A DNA stretch of 64,000 nucleotides, taken from positions 11,139,859 through 11,203,858 of the forward strand of contig NC_134036.1 in assembly GCF_964204645.1 (NCBI RefSeq), read 5' to 3'. The notes under the pieces were generated by a model. That model saw only the letters and a list, made by a program, of their open reading frames with translations, did no database searches and was not told where the DNA came from. Of the stretch, positions 36,166 to 48,900 are shown one piece after another. The translations under genes and the position numbers were made by a program. Origin of the DNA: Tubulanus polymorphus (lineage: Eukaryota > Animalia > Nemertea). The first letter of the stretch is position 1, and each line of letters begins with the position of its first letter.

Positions 36166-38132
36166 ATCATGGCGTGGTTGAAAGAATCAACAGTTGCTCA
36201 TGGTACATTGATTAAGTAATTATCATACATTAAGTAGGCCCTAGTCACCATTGAGTTATATGTAATGAAATAAAGTAGATTGAATTGGATTGATTCCAAT
36301 GTTGGCCAAGGACTCATTAATTACAAATACAAAGGATTTTCCTTTAAAATCTAAAAAAAACTAGATTATTTCATGAAATAACATGGTTTTCATTATTCTT
36401 ATAGGCTCATGTAATTAGGCCTATGGAATGTCATATTCAAGCAAACTTAGTTGATGTGGCCATATTCAATGGTGCAGACCATCGAAGTATAGCAACCAGC
36501 CCAGCAGTAATGTCATTAATGACACAAATTATCCTAGATCTATCACTTCCACATAGCATATCTATATATCAAATTAAACTACAGAATATCTAGAACAAAT
36601 GTATGTTGGCCAATTTTACTTAAATGTAAATTTGTCAGCAAACAGTCATGATAAAAAGGGCCGATCATTATTGTTTTTCATAACATGGCGCTGGCTGGCA
36701 ATCCAACAACCAAGCTGAAAAAATATATTTTGTTAACTTTTGGTGAGGGCATATCGTTATATTTGGTATCAAATTTAAGTTCTTTTTCTGTGCTATCAAG
36801 CTATAATGACTTTATTTGAGTTAAAAGTAATCAAAATGTAGTGCTTACGCAAACATCTTGGTTTTCCGGCGTAAATTTCCAGCGAAAACTAGCGAACGAA
36901 ACTCCGCGACGTAAAAGTCACCTTGAGGAGTAATATGGTCAATGTTTACATAAACTTTAATGAAAAGGGGTGTATGTTACTTCTTTCAAATAAATTGGGG
37001 TCGAATCCCATATAAATAACGCAGAAAACGCGTCATTTAAATACCCTTAGTTTTCCTATACTTTCAGCACTACGTGGGTCACGTGACGCGTTCGGGATTC
37101 TATTTTTATCGCAACAATCAAAACCACCAATAAGCGCGCGCTACGTCATTCTGTTTGAGATGGTCGTTCTTGCCTTACGTCGTACCGTCGTGTAACTGCC
37201 AATCCACATCCATTAATCCCTTGACTTGGAACCCAATTTGGATTTGGTTCAGCTAACCTCCAAGCCCCGATTATGTTGCCGATAACTATATCGTAAACTG
37301 GATTATTCATACATATCTCTAGGGTTTCACCCGTAAATTATGGACTATCTGTGTGAATTTTCGCAACTGATGCTTCTACTACACTACCATAAGTTTATTC
37401 ATAGCCTGGACTCAAAGGCCCTAACGCAAATTCTTTTTAGGGCCAATGTTCAAATTTACCATTCCCCGCACATGGAATAATTCGCCACAAAAGGAAACGG
37501 CTCTCCAACATTGCAGAAACATCGGGCCATTAAACGAACCAAAGAAAAGATGCATTTCGGTAATACTTAATTATGCAAGTTTGGTGCTTGGACCGTTAGA
37601 AAACTGCGAACCAGTTTATCATTTTGTTTACTGTTAAAACCTATCAGTATAGAATCCTACAACCAATAATTAAGCGGTTTTTAGGGGATATGGTGATATT
37701 CCCTTGTATTTATGAGATTTAGATTTTCTACTGGGGAGGAGACAATAGATTATGACTGACCCTCACTGTATTCTCTCATCTCGAATTTGAATTTGTAAGT
37801 TTTCTCAAAGCTTTCATGAGCTGTACAGAGCGCATACAGATGAATGGTATTTCAAACATTAGTACCGTATCTATATGAATGCGCGCTGTTTTTGAAATAC
37901 GCTGTTTTAATGAGCATAGAGTATTGGCATATAAAATAACACCTCTAGGTGTGAGGGTGATTACAAACTAGGAATGGGTGCCAATAGACGTCGAGCGAAG
38001 AGAATTATACGCTTAACGTTCACAAAGCAATGCAAAGCAATTGATAGTATTGAGATGTAGAGAACGTAACTCATGTGCGGCATCGTTCCGAATTTATATT
38101 TCTTGACGTGAAGAAAACGACGATACACCGCG

Positions 38133-38650
38133 ATGGTAAATGAAACGGTCATATGTTGTGGTAAATCATGTGACGGTGCTGAAGGTACGTACACGTACGC
38201 TACCATAATGACAATGATTTGTGCGATTCTTTACATCATTGGTGGAATCGCCAACTGTCTCGCCTTCATAGTTCTCTGCCTGATGAAAATTCGAGGAAGC
38301 AGTATTCTGTATTTGGAGGTTCTAGCTATTGCCGATATGGTAAATTGTCTAACTGCGGGAATGTTTGGGCGTGGTTTGCTGATTCTTTCTAAGGATTATC
38401 CGTTCGAATATGTTCGATATAATGGCATTTATCAACAGTATTTTCGTCGCCTTTATCTCTACATTGATTCCATATTTGAGATGACTATGACTACAAGTCC
38501 GTGGCTACTTTTCGCATTAAGTATTGACCGCTATATAGCGATTAGGTTTCCTCTTTCTGCCATACAGATATGTACAATTCAAAATGCGTTACGTGTTTCG
38601 ATATCCATTTGGATTCTCACTTTTATCTTCGAGATACCGACAGTAATTGG
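38133..38650 (+). pseudogene. Second intronless peptide GPCR, TM1-TM4 only, truncated
   Basis: GGIANCLAFIVL, LYLEVLAIAD, LSIDRYIAIRFPL, WILTFIFEIP. Similarity stops at about 38645, where unrelated sequence begins. Confidence 0.88.
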
Positions 38651-38724
38651 AAAAGTGGGCTTTCATACCAGAGGGCGAGAGGGCGAGACACCACTCATCA
38701 CCAAGTAATTTGTTTTCCTTATAA

Positions 38725-39051
38725 ATGGGAGATAGAAAAGCATTCTTAGCAACAATAAATAACAGAATAAAACCAGCAAAAAAACAATTTGAAATAAAAA
38801 ATTTAGTTGATGTTACAAAAGAAATTGAACATAAAATATTGAAATTAGAAAAGATAAAAACTAAATATGGAGAGAAAGTATCAGCTAATTTAAGCTACTG
38901 TAATGTTAGTACATCGCGAGAATTTAAAGTGTTTTTACCCGATAAATGGGTTTCAATGAGTACGGAGGAATTGAAAGATTTAGTAGGATTTAAAATAATA
39001 TATCATGGGAAAAATGAAGACGGTCATCATGATTTAGAAATTGTTGATTGA
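38725..39051 (+). CDS. Small virus-like protein, possibly an OB-fold single-strand DNA-binding protein
   Basis: Intact 108-aa ORF in TAAATG context; KTKYGEKV...FKVFLP...IIYHGK pattern. The fold is an inference. Confidence 0.55.
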   Translation: MGDRKAFLATINNRIKPAKKQFEIKNLVDVTKEIEHKILKLEKIKTKYGEKVSANLSYCNVSTSREFKVFLPDKWVSMSTEELKDLVGFKIIYHGKNEDGHHDLEIVD

Positions 39052-40076
39052 ATAAAAAATAAAAATAATGAATATCTAGAATCCAAAATGACCTTAGTCG
39101 TTTTATAAACAACTACAATCATACAGTACATCTGTTACATGTTATTATAAGAGAGTGCTTCATTTGAATATTGATCAATCAAACAGGTGTTGCACAACGT
39201 TGTTGTTATATAATAAACACGCAGTACATACAACACACACAAGCCAGTTAGCTGGTATTGAATTACTACGTTTTCATTAGTTGCTGAAAGCGAGGTTTAT
39301 TTAAATTAGCTCGGCCGTGACGACAGGAGGATAGGCATCATTCTCTCGTGATTAAAAGGAATATTTCAATGTTTTTACAGTAAGTTTTAGCAAAACCACC
39401 CGACTTGACTCACAGAGTTTTTAGGGGATAAGCATCCCGTTATTGAGAGGCGCCACGAGATACCTATCCCCAAGCATTTCTAATTACACCCCTGTGACCC
39501 ACACCTCACCAATTCTCCTTCAATGGTTGACAGGAAACACATTATATTAAAGGCGCCTAATGCATTTCCTATCAACCCCTTACCCCCGAAAGGAGGATCG
39601 AAAGTCGAAACTGAAGGAGAACCACGGAGGGTGGACAAAGGCGCATTTTCGAAATGCCCCTGCAAGCCAAGCCCGGCGGCACTCCAGTGGTTGAATGAAT
39701 TGCCTTATATACTTAGCTAAAACACTTAAGTAAATGTTGTTGGTGCTAAAAAAATATGTGAAATTTGAAATTATAAATTATTCCGAATGAAAAGAATGTA
39801 AGAATGAAAACTGATAAATGAATTATGTATTTTTAACTTCATTATGATATAATTTTTAATCAAATTAGTAATCAATTACTATGTTAATTGATTAACAAAT
39901 TCAAATTCAAATATTCAAATAAAAACAAAATAAATTAATAAAAATAATGAATATCTAGAATCCGAAATGACTTATCTGGACAATTTAATTGCTCCGCATA
40001 GATAGACAAAAGTAGTGAGATATTCAATTATTTTTTTTTGCTTTTTTTCTAAAATATTAATCCATTTTTTTTATTA

Positions 40077-40427
40077 TTAATTTTGGAATTTCAGAAGTAT
40101 TTTCATTTTTGATAGCAGTTGGTTCAGAATTACTAATATCATATGAATTTTATTTGATTTCTTATACCAATTACACCCAATCAAAATGAATACAATTACA
40201 AATCCAACTGTAAAATATAAATATTTATCAAATATTCTACTATCAGAAGGAGTAGAAATAACAATATTTTCACCATTTTTATTAACATTTTTATTACTTA
40301 TTTTTTCTTTTACAGCTTTTTTATATTCTTGTGATTTAATTCCTAATTGCCGAGACCATTCAATTTGTTTCTGAGTTCTCGGTTTTTTCTTCACAGTTAA
40401 TTCCTTCACTTCTTTCACCTCGCTCAT
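40077..40427 (-). CDS. Basic virus-like protein with a hydrophobic segment
   Basis: TAAATG start; KKKPRTQKQIEW; YLYFTVGFVIVFILIG. Confidence 0.5.
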   Translation of the reverse strand: MSEVKEVKELTVKKKPRTQKQIEWSRQLGIKSQEYKKAVKEKISNKNVNKNGENIVISTPSDSRIFDKYLYFTVGFVIVFILIGCNWYKKSNKIHMILVILNQLLSKMKILLKFQN

Positions 40428-40808
40428 TTATTATAGAAATATTTTTACTTTCAATATTTGAAAATGTTATAACCCCGGTTGATAATAATGTCATAAATCC
40501 ACCTAAATGAAATGATAAATATCCAATCCATTTATTTAATTCAGTCATAACTAAATAATCATTTTTAAATTTTGTTTTACTAAATCTGGATTTTCATTTT
40601 CAGGATTTATTCTCGATCTAGTTCTTCTATCAAATTCATCTGTTGATTGGGTTTTAGAACCACTATCTGCTAAAATAGAATTACATGTTGTATCATTATC
40701 ATTAGCAATATTAGTATCAGCAGTCATATAATCATCATTGTTAGTATTGGCAACATCATTATTTCCCATGCCTTCCATTTCATAATCTTCTCCACCTTCT
40801 ACATCCAT
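40360..40808 (-). pseudogene. Virus-like ORF, probably one frameshifted gene (acidic N-terminus plus hydrophobic segment)
   Basis: 40551-40808 starts in TAAATG and is followed after 2 nt by 40360-40548. Confidence 0.4.
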
Positions 40809-40824
40809 TTATATAATAAAAAAA

Positions 40825-41469
40825 TTAAAATTCAAAATATAATATTCCTCCTATAACAATTCCTATACAAGTTAAAGCTAATTTAGTATTTTCATGGGAT
40901 TTATTATCATTATCAGTTTTAATTATATCATGTTGAATATTATCAGTTTTAATATTTTCTGTAGTATTGTAATCTTTTATTTTGGAATCATTATTTAATT
41001 TAATATTTTTAGTTTTAGTTTCAGTTGATTGAATATGTTTTTTATTTTTTTCACCTTCCATTAATTTTGGAGCAGTGATAATCTTTTTATTTATATCATT
41101 CAATCCAAATGAATTATTTATTGTTGCAGTTTTAATTAGATTATTGTAACCAATTATATTTCCCATCTTTAATACTAAATCATTAGAAATAATTAATAGA
41201 TTAGGGCCTATACAATAATTTAATCTAACATGTGATTTATCTAAATAATTTTGATATCTTACAATGTTTTCTGGAATAGATCTATTTTTATCATTATCAA
41301 TTGAATCTTCAAATAATACTTTGAATTGTTTCTGCGCATCGAATGAAGTGTTATCATTTCCAATTATTGGGGATCTTGTTTCAACTTTCGCACCTAAAAT
41401 ACATATCAAATAAGTTCTAATAGATTGATTTATTCTTTGTATACCAGCTTTAGTAAAACCTTCACTCTA
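40825..41469 (-). pseudogene. C-terminal part of a Polinton-associated hypothetical membrane-anchored protein, 5' end removed at the Chapaev terminus
   Basis: The frame is open from the junction: SEGFTKAGIQRINQSIRTYLICILGAKVETRS...FDAQKQF...IVRYQ...IIGYNNLI...; C-terminal transmembrane segment. Family recognised from memory only. Confidence 0.55.
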
Positions 41470-43424
41470 CACGACCGTAGAGCTAATACTAACTATAAAT
41501 GACCTTGACCGACGTTTAATTGAATTGAATCGGTGACAGCAAGCCGATACATAGGTTCCGAGAAATAACAATGGCCGCCTTTTCGCTAGCCACACGACCG
41601 TGGATTATTGCCGTTTCACGCGTATTTTAGATGTCTGTATCAGTTTAAACACGGACTATCGCAACATATTTATACCTCAATCGGTTCATATTTGAGCTTG
41701 AGATAATTCTTGAGAAGATGCAGTTTGTTAGTTACTTGATATTGACGTTTACTTTTACTTCCGGGTTTATTGAATCGATGATGAATGCGATGTTTCAACG
41801 AAGAAAAAAGCTTAAAAGAGTTCTCCCATAACTTCAGAGAGTAATTAAGTCTATTTAGGAAATGTGTGCTGCCAAATAAGCGTGTAAGTATTTATAGGAT
41901 CTTTTGTAAGGTAAATTACAGGCTGATTAGGTCTCCTGGTCCAGTGTACCTGGTAGGCCTTTTTGTCCTTCCTTTTTATTTGATGAAGACTAAGCTAATA
42001 GTAGGCCTAAAGACCCACTGATTGCCGTAATGGCAGTGAGGTTAAGTATGGGAGGCTTAGTTTCTTTCATCTTTTGATTTCAGTGATTGGAAATCAAAAA
42101 GTTTCTCACGACGTACTCAAAACTTAGCCTTGGCTACCGAAAATGAAATGAACCCTAAACTAATATGGCGATTGAACCCAGGAATATTTTAGAATAAAGT
42201 AAGTAGTTTTGAACCTCTTCCATGTTTGTTTCTGGTGACTAGTTGATTTGTTCGATTTGGGTCTACTATTCATTTGGGAAACTGGGTCGACTCGGGTCCA
42301 TGGGAAACATTTAATGTTGATTCGAGGCTGTAGTCTGTGCTGTTTGGTTAAGTTTCCAAGTCAATTCACGCAGCTAACCCATTCTGGCAGAACCAACATG
42401 ATACTTAAGATTGTGCACATGGAAATGATTGTCAGTATTTTTGTTCCAAATATATTAATTTATTTGTTATTCCATTTATCACTGCACAACATTAATCAAT
42501 AAGCTATCATTAGCTAACCAGACAAAATCTCATAATCTACTTGTATTAGAATTCCAAATTTTCAATTTAATATTTTACAGTAATTGATATTTTTTATGCA
42601 GAGAAGACAATTGTATATATATCGTGAATCTTGAAACCGACAACTGTTCGTGTGAAGTAAAAAGGTGAGTAAATAAAATCTCATAATTTCTTTCTCTCAA
42701 TTATATTAAGAGCAAACAAGAAATACTCTGCCTTATTTCACCGACCTGTGTGATTTTAACGAATAAAAGTGAAATATAAGATATATACATGCGTGCGATA
42801 TACATTTACAATAATTTTCCGTTTTCTTTTCAGGTAACGGTACATACATTCAAACAAGCCTTTTACACTTTTTACACTGTCGAGTGTTATCTTGACTGAT
42901 GTAAAAGCCACCACACTCACATTTTCGTTTCGTTGCTTCGGATTTTGGTGGTTTTGTCGCGTAAAGACCTTGATTGATGAATAGATATTTAGTTCGCAGA
43001 ACTTGATCACGGACTGTACAGTAGATTCCAGAGCTGCCAACCTTGATTTCATCTTTGGCTGAACACATGTCCAGATTTATCAGTATTTTCAAAAATTTTC
43101 CAGTAGTCCCAAATTTTCAAAACAGAAAACGCTTAAAAAGTCAGTATTAAGTTATCAAAAGTCTGTATTACAATTAACACATAGAACGTTATTCATAATA
43201 GAACAAATTCTATTAAAATATATTAAAATATATTGAAATACTTCAGTAACAGAAATATTATTGATTGTCGAGATCACAATTAACTAAAATTAACAGTCAC
43301 AGTAGAAAAACACAACAAAACTTTTGTTTGTTGATAAACTAAAATAAAACATAACATAACATAGCAGTAACAATTATAATACTAAATTTATGATCAGGCA
43401 CTAGATAATGCCAGTGTGTTGCGC

Positions 43425-45907
43425 TTAATGATTTTTTAATGACAACCTGGTTGTAGATTTGCATTTTCTTAATAAAGTTTCACTATGATTATTCAAATGG
43501 CATATCCCACCACGTGACTTCAAAAGCATCAGTGCCTCCAGAGTATCTGGAGCAAGGCAAGAACGAAAATCTGTCTTATTTTTACGGACGGTACTGTACA
43601 CGCGTTCACAGCAGGCATTGGCCACTGGTATCAGAAGAATTATCATCATGAGTCTGGGAAGCACATTAAATCTAAAAAAGATGACAGACAAGATGCTCAT
43701 TGATAAGAATCTAATATATATGACATAATGTGTTACACTAGGCATGAATGAGCCTATGTACCTTTGAGATCCAGTACAATCAATAAGCTGTGCCATCAGT
43801 TTCCACTGTTCTTCGGCTGGTCTATGAACAGGATCCTTCATTTCAGTAGCAGACGGAATTATGAACAGATCTAATGGGAGATCTTCTTCCTTCAAGGTTT
43901 GATAATCATTGAATTCAGCCTCAATGACATCGAGATCAAAGTTGTCTCGAAGACAGGGGAATCGATCAATGAAGTACTTCATATCTCTAAATTTTGTGGT
44001 CCCTCTCAAAGATATGTCAGCCACCTGTGAAGATTAGAAATGCACACACAAACATAAGCCTGCCACAGCAAAGACTATTAAGTTGCAGCGTAATTTACTT
44101 TGAACTGTTCAACCTACCTCAGCATGTTTCCACAAAGGCTGATCACCTGGGTTAATCTTCAGTTTGATATAATTCAACACTGTTTGATAAAACTTTACTA
44201 CGTCTTTGTAGAATTTCAGTTCCGTGGACTTTGATACGCCATTTGAAATGACATCCTGACTGGCAGAACCTATTACTAGATCTGTGTTCCCTTTAATATT
44301 ATACGAACTTGTGTAATCGATTCGCATTACATTTGGTTGCTGGGTAAACGCAGATGGCTTGCAAATTCTTTGTATCAAGGTAGTCACCAGTTTTTCGATC
44401 ACTCTTCTCACTTTGTGGATTTGAGAATTTTCACTCGAGTTAGTAGTCTCAAAAATCTACAAAACATGAATTAAGAATACTGTTTTACAATACATGAAGT
44501 TGTCATTTAATAAGTCCACAGTATATTCACCACATTAATTATAGACAAATGAATACAGCTTAATATAGCAAGAAGTCTTGAGACAAAAAACCACATCAAT
44601 AACCCTAGAATGTATTAATCTGTATTAAGGATTAGGCTATGTAAAAAATATTTGAAAGATTATAATTACCTCTACAGCTTTCATGACAAAGGCAGTATAT
44701 AATTTAGCCGTGCGCCTGCTGAAGAAAGATTTCAGTGTTTTCTTCATAGAACCAGACGATTCAGTACCAAGTTCATCTTCATAATCCTCACCATCATTGT
44801 CACCAAGGCAGTCCACTGCTCCAGAAGGCGCTTCAAAGCAGGGCCCATAGTTAACCATCATGTCGGGACATGCTTCTTCACTTCATGAGGGGGAATTTCA
44901 AGATCCTGTTGAAGTTGCAGCAAAGCCGCGCCTCTCTTTGTTGACTTACTGACATACCAATACAGTTTTCTCAAAATGTCATCGAAGTTGAATTCATCGC
45001 TTAAACATTTTAATCCTTTTGAACACGCAAGGTCAAGTAAATGACAGATGCATCCGGCCAAGTGAACTTTACTATTTTTATCATGAACAAACTTTATAGT
45101 TCCTTTGTTTCTCCCTGTCATTACAGAGCAATTATCGCAAACAAGACTAAGTAGTTGCTTCCACTCGATCCCGTTTGAATTGAGTTCTTGATTTATTATG
45201 TCAAAAATTGCCTCACCGGTGTGTGATGAATTCCAAATTGGTAAAGTCAAGAGCTGCGTGTGACAGTTTAACGATTCGGTGTCAATAAATCTCACAACAA
45301 TGGGATAATAAGTGTTATTTTGTAAGGCAGAGCCATCAATTCCTAAAACAAATGGATTCGTTTTAAGAGCATCGACACATTTTTCTTTGACGACTTTAGC
45401 CAACTCTTTTATTATGCATGTTGTTTTGGTTCGACCAGAGCTATAATCTTTAGCTATTTGACTGTCAGGAAACATTTTGCGAGCCAATTCCCCGACATGG
45501 TCAGCTGCACTAATAGGAATATTGTGCTCGACTAAGAACTCACAGAACATCGTTTCAGCACGAATAACAGATAGGTCTTCTTTTCTCACGAAAAATGATG
45601 TTATATTCTTAGATTTATTCAAAGCTTTGGCAGCTTCCGAATGTTTACTTGTGGCCATGTGTCTATGGATATCGTCGACGCCACCGTAGGCTACCGTAAA
45701 ATCGCTTTTACAGTAGGCGCAGAAGGCATGATGTTTGGACTTACTACTCTTTTCAATACACGGATATTTCATTGAATATTCCTCCCGAAACTTTTGCATT
45801 CTACGCTTTTTCTTTGCAGGGCAAGCCGCTTTAGTATTCAGCTCCGAAACATCAGAATCAGACGATTCTGAATCAGATCCTACCGAAATCAAAAGGCCGG
45901 TCGCCAT
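43425..45907 (-). pseudogene. Multi-exon hAT transposase with N-terminal Zn finger; nonsense codon in the conserved TRW motif
   Basis: CAYC...HRHMATSKH; LGIDGS; VCDNCSVMTG; GCICHLLDL; HVPT*WL at 44858-44860; dimerisation domain IPVANACCERVYS...RSCL. Confidence 0.9.
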
Positions 45908-45925
45908 TTTGTCAACAAACTTCTG

Positions 45926-45981
45926 ACACCGTACTAGTGCGCCATCTTCACTTCAATGAAGGTGGCGCACTAGTACGGTGT
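45926..45981. other. 25-bp-arm hairpin just upstream of the hAT start codon
   Basis: ACACCGTACTAGTGCGCCATCTTCA, loop CTTCAA, TGAAGGTGGCGCACTAGTACGGTGT; one mismatch. Confidence 0.9.
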
Positions 45982-48900
45982 AAGAGAAATTAGATAAGGA
46001 CCGGCGGGGTCCTCGGGGATGAACAAATGAAGATCGTCGATCATCGGGCCAAACTCCCCCCTCAACTTACAAGTTTGATTGAGAGAAAATGAGGAAAAAC
46101 GAAGTAAATTGCTTTAAAAAGACATTTTGTCAATCCGTAATATATCAATTTTTTCCGTACTCTCTGGTGAAAATATCCGTAATGATTTTTCAAAAAACGG
46201 AACCCCGTATTTTGTCACGATTTTCCGGAACTGTTACGGAAAAATCAGAACGGTTGGCAGCTCTGAGATTCTGTTGTCTCTGTTCACGCTTGCGTGTTTA
46301 CCTTCAAGTCCTTGCTCACCGAAGAGCCCCAGAGAACCCCACATATCAACAAAATCAGGAGCGTGGTAAATAAGTATATGGAGTTTTGGCGTGATAGTGG
46401 AACTAGAAAATGCGTCGGTGTAAAATCGTCCGAAATCATGACACAGTTTACGGAATAAGGACTTTTCATCTGCTGTGAGAAATCTACATGCCGTGTATAG
46501 TGCATATAAGTTACTAAGTCTCTCGAATAGCTCGAGAAATTTCGTGTAATCATCATCAGCATGACCTGAGAGAACACTACATAGTTTCTGTGGATTGTTG
46601 GATTTGTCATCATTTTTGAGCATTTTATTTATATGGTTTCCAACAATGCAACCACCATAGTACGCTTGCCGATCAATACCTATTTCGGCAAGAATTTCAT
46701 TTAGCCGTTTTGTAACCGGCCCCATTGATGAATTAACAACTTTGAATATTTCCTGTAATTGGTTTTGAGCTTCAGACAATCTCGATTTTAGATCAGCTAA
46801 CTCAGATTTCTTTTCCGATATTTCTTGAATTTTCAGCTTGATAATACTATCCGCTGACATAGTTTTCCCCGTACAACATTCCATACATTTGAAATTAGCT
46901 GTAGGTCCAAATATACATTGCTTGTGATAGGGGGAATCGCAATCAATGCACTCAACAAAATCATTTTGTTTGGCATTCGGAATGTTTCTAATCAAACAAA
47001 TCTTTGCTGAACAACTAATAACACAACGACCCTTTTTTTTGAATTGTTTTAGAAGGTCAACAGTTTTGATTAAGAGTGACAATCATTTCCTTGTACTGAT
47101 TTAATTCCTCCTGCACTGCGCATACATCTAGGGATTTTTCTTTCCAGTTTCTGTACAAATCGATATCCCGATCTTTTAATCCTTCATTGTCGACTTCCTG
47201 ACATTTCTGCTCCAACATCTCAAAGAATAATAGACCTAACCCCAAAGATATGTGCAGTGGAGGAGGAACTAAATGGTCCAAATCGTCAATCCTCACTAGC
47301 ATTTCATTGCAAATGCTTTTTGTGTTTTGCCCTGGTTGCTGCTTTTCAGCATTAACATTATAACCGGCTACAGTTCTACACTGCACTACTATATGATCAG
47401 GTGTGTGTGGTTTACCATCACGTTTTCTCAGCTGTTTCGATTTAATTTCACACCAAAGGCATGGATAAGAAGCCGATGAACCCTGGTGGCCCATACATGT
47501 ACAATGAAAAGCTAAATCGCCGATCAGAAAAAATCTTATAGCCAAAGTTCCTCTACTACATTCGACATATCTAATTTGTGGCAGTTGATCAAAGATTTTG
47601 CCAAATATGATCTTCATATTGCTGTAAGTATCGACAGCTTCGAAATATGAAATCAACTCGGTGTGATCGGTACTGTTTACTAGTGTACTATTTAGTACAG
47701 ACAGTACTAGCTTCGAAGAGCCACCACCTTTATCGGCTCCGATCTTTACCCAAATTTCATCATGAAAATGCTCATCCGTCACAAATTTTCCGGTGACTAT
47801 CAAATTGTTAACAACGTATTCAAGATGTGATTTTAAATTCACTATGTATACATAGGGGACAAGTTTTTCTTCTAGAGTTCGAGCATTGATCACTAAATTC
47901 ATTTCGCCAGTGAATATATTCTGATCGATGTGATCACTGCGTTTTTTTAGTTCTGCTCGAATCTTATCTGATGAGGGAAACACCTTTACATTTTGACTTT
48001 TCAAGTTACGGTCTAATTCTAGCATTTTGGTCATTGTAAGACGCAAATTCAGTTTCAAGTCAACTGACTGTTCAGGAGTGAGCTTAGTTCCTTTCATTTC
48101 TGGAAATTCATTGATTACAAGATTTTTTAGATTTTCATCTTTTTTCAACATATGTGCAACTAATTTAGCAGCCTCAGTGATACTTTGGTCTTTGGATGAA
48201 ATAAATTGTAGTATTGATTTTGCTTTGGAAGCTCTCTTCTCAACAGTCTGTCGACTTGACTCTGAAATGGATGTGTTTGGTTTTTCAAGTTTGCAAAAAT
48301 GATGTTCATTTGTTCGAGAACCTGATGGAATAATAGCTTTGAATATATGATCTAGAGAACCTTCCGATACAGTAAAAACATTATTATCCGTCATTAATTT
48401 TTCCAAGCGACTATTAATGATTTTTAAATTGCCATTTTCCTTTTCGACATTTTTCAGCTGTTCTTTTAATAAATTCAGTTGTTCCAGATAATCTTCAGAT
48501 ATGTCTGTCTGTGTCGTTTGTTCATGTACTGGTGTTGTGGCATCTTCACTCGCAAGAAGGTTTTCTGTGTCGTGTAGTTTATTGCCTTGTCCTAATGAAA
48601 TTCAGAATATTTTCATTGCCTGTATTCATTTGTAGAGATTCATTTTTATTGTAATGAAATGACGGTCTGACAAGCATCGATGAAATTAAGTTAACGAGTA
48701 AAATTAAGTTTTTAAACTATGCCTAATTACTATGATTCATCGAATTCATACTGTTTCATTTGACTCTTTGAAATTTGTGATCCCAATTTGTTTAAAGTTA
48801 TAAGGCACAAATCCAAATTCCAAAAATTTACTGCAAATGAACAACAATTTTCAGCTGAAGTCGAAGAACGTTTGACTTATGTACCACAAGTTAATAACAA

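Larger units (their letters stand above)
28523..37192 (-). mobile_element. Complete Chapaev-type DNA transposon, 8670 bp
   Basis: TIR CACGACGGTACG (28523-28534) and CGTACCGTCGTG (37181-37192). 4-bp TSD TAAC on both sides. Contains a RAG1-fold transposase. Confidence 0.88.
38650..41469. mobile_element. AT-rich Polinton/Maverick-like (endogenous DNA virus-like) segment
   Basis: Abrupt very high AT content; compact intronless ORFs, several starting in TAAATG; C-terminal membrane anchors. A Polinton-type PolB fragment of similar composition lies at 53761. Confidence 0.6.
43029..46265 (-). mobile_element. hAT DNA transposon, 3237 bp
   Basis: TIR CAGAGCTGCCAACC and GGTTGGCAGCTCTG. Left flank GTAGATTC, right flank AGATTC (8-bp TSD with 2 nt lost). 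Removing it restores the host reading frame. Confidence 0.92.
42850..48591 (-). pseudogene. Chapaev-type RAG1-fold transposase with PHD-like finger; frameshift near 47070 and split by the hAT insertion
   Basis: KIGADKGG, LIGDLAF, GHQGSSASYPCLWC, VPPPLHISLG, CSAKIC...CIDC..YHKQC...CMEC, TPKLHIL, GEQGLEGKH. The C-terminus resumes below 43029: RDNRI|YCTVRDQVLRTKYLFINQGLY. Confidence 0.88.

Noticed and set aside
32020-47082. Programmed frameshift shared by both Chapaev transposases just before the PHD finger
   Set aside because: The shifts are roughly 10-15 codons apart in the alignment, one is a homopolymer indel, and both copies carry other lesions; decay is the simpler explanation.
12543-48591. 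True RAG1L-RAG2L (ProtoRAG) transposon
   Set aside because: No kelch-repeat RAG2-like gene, no CACAGTG heptamer-like TIRs, and the TSD is 4 bp rather than 5 bp.
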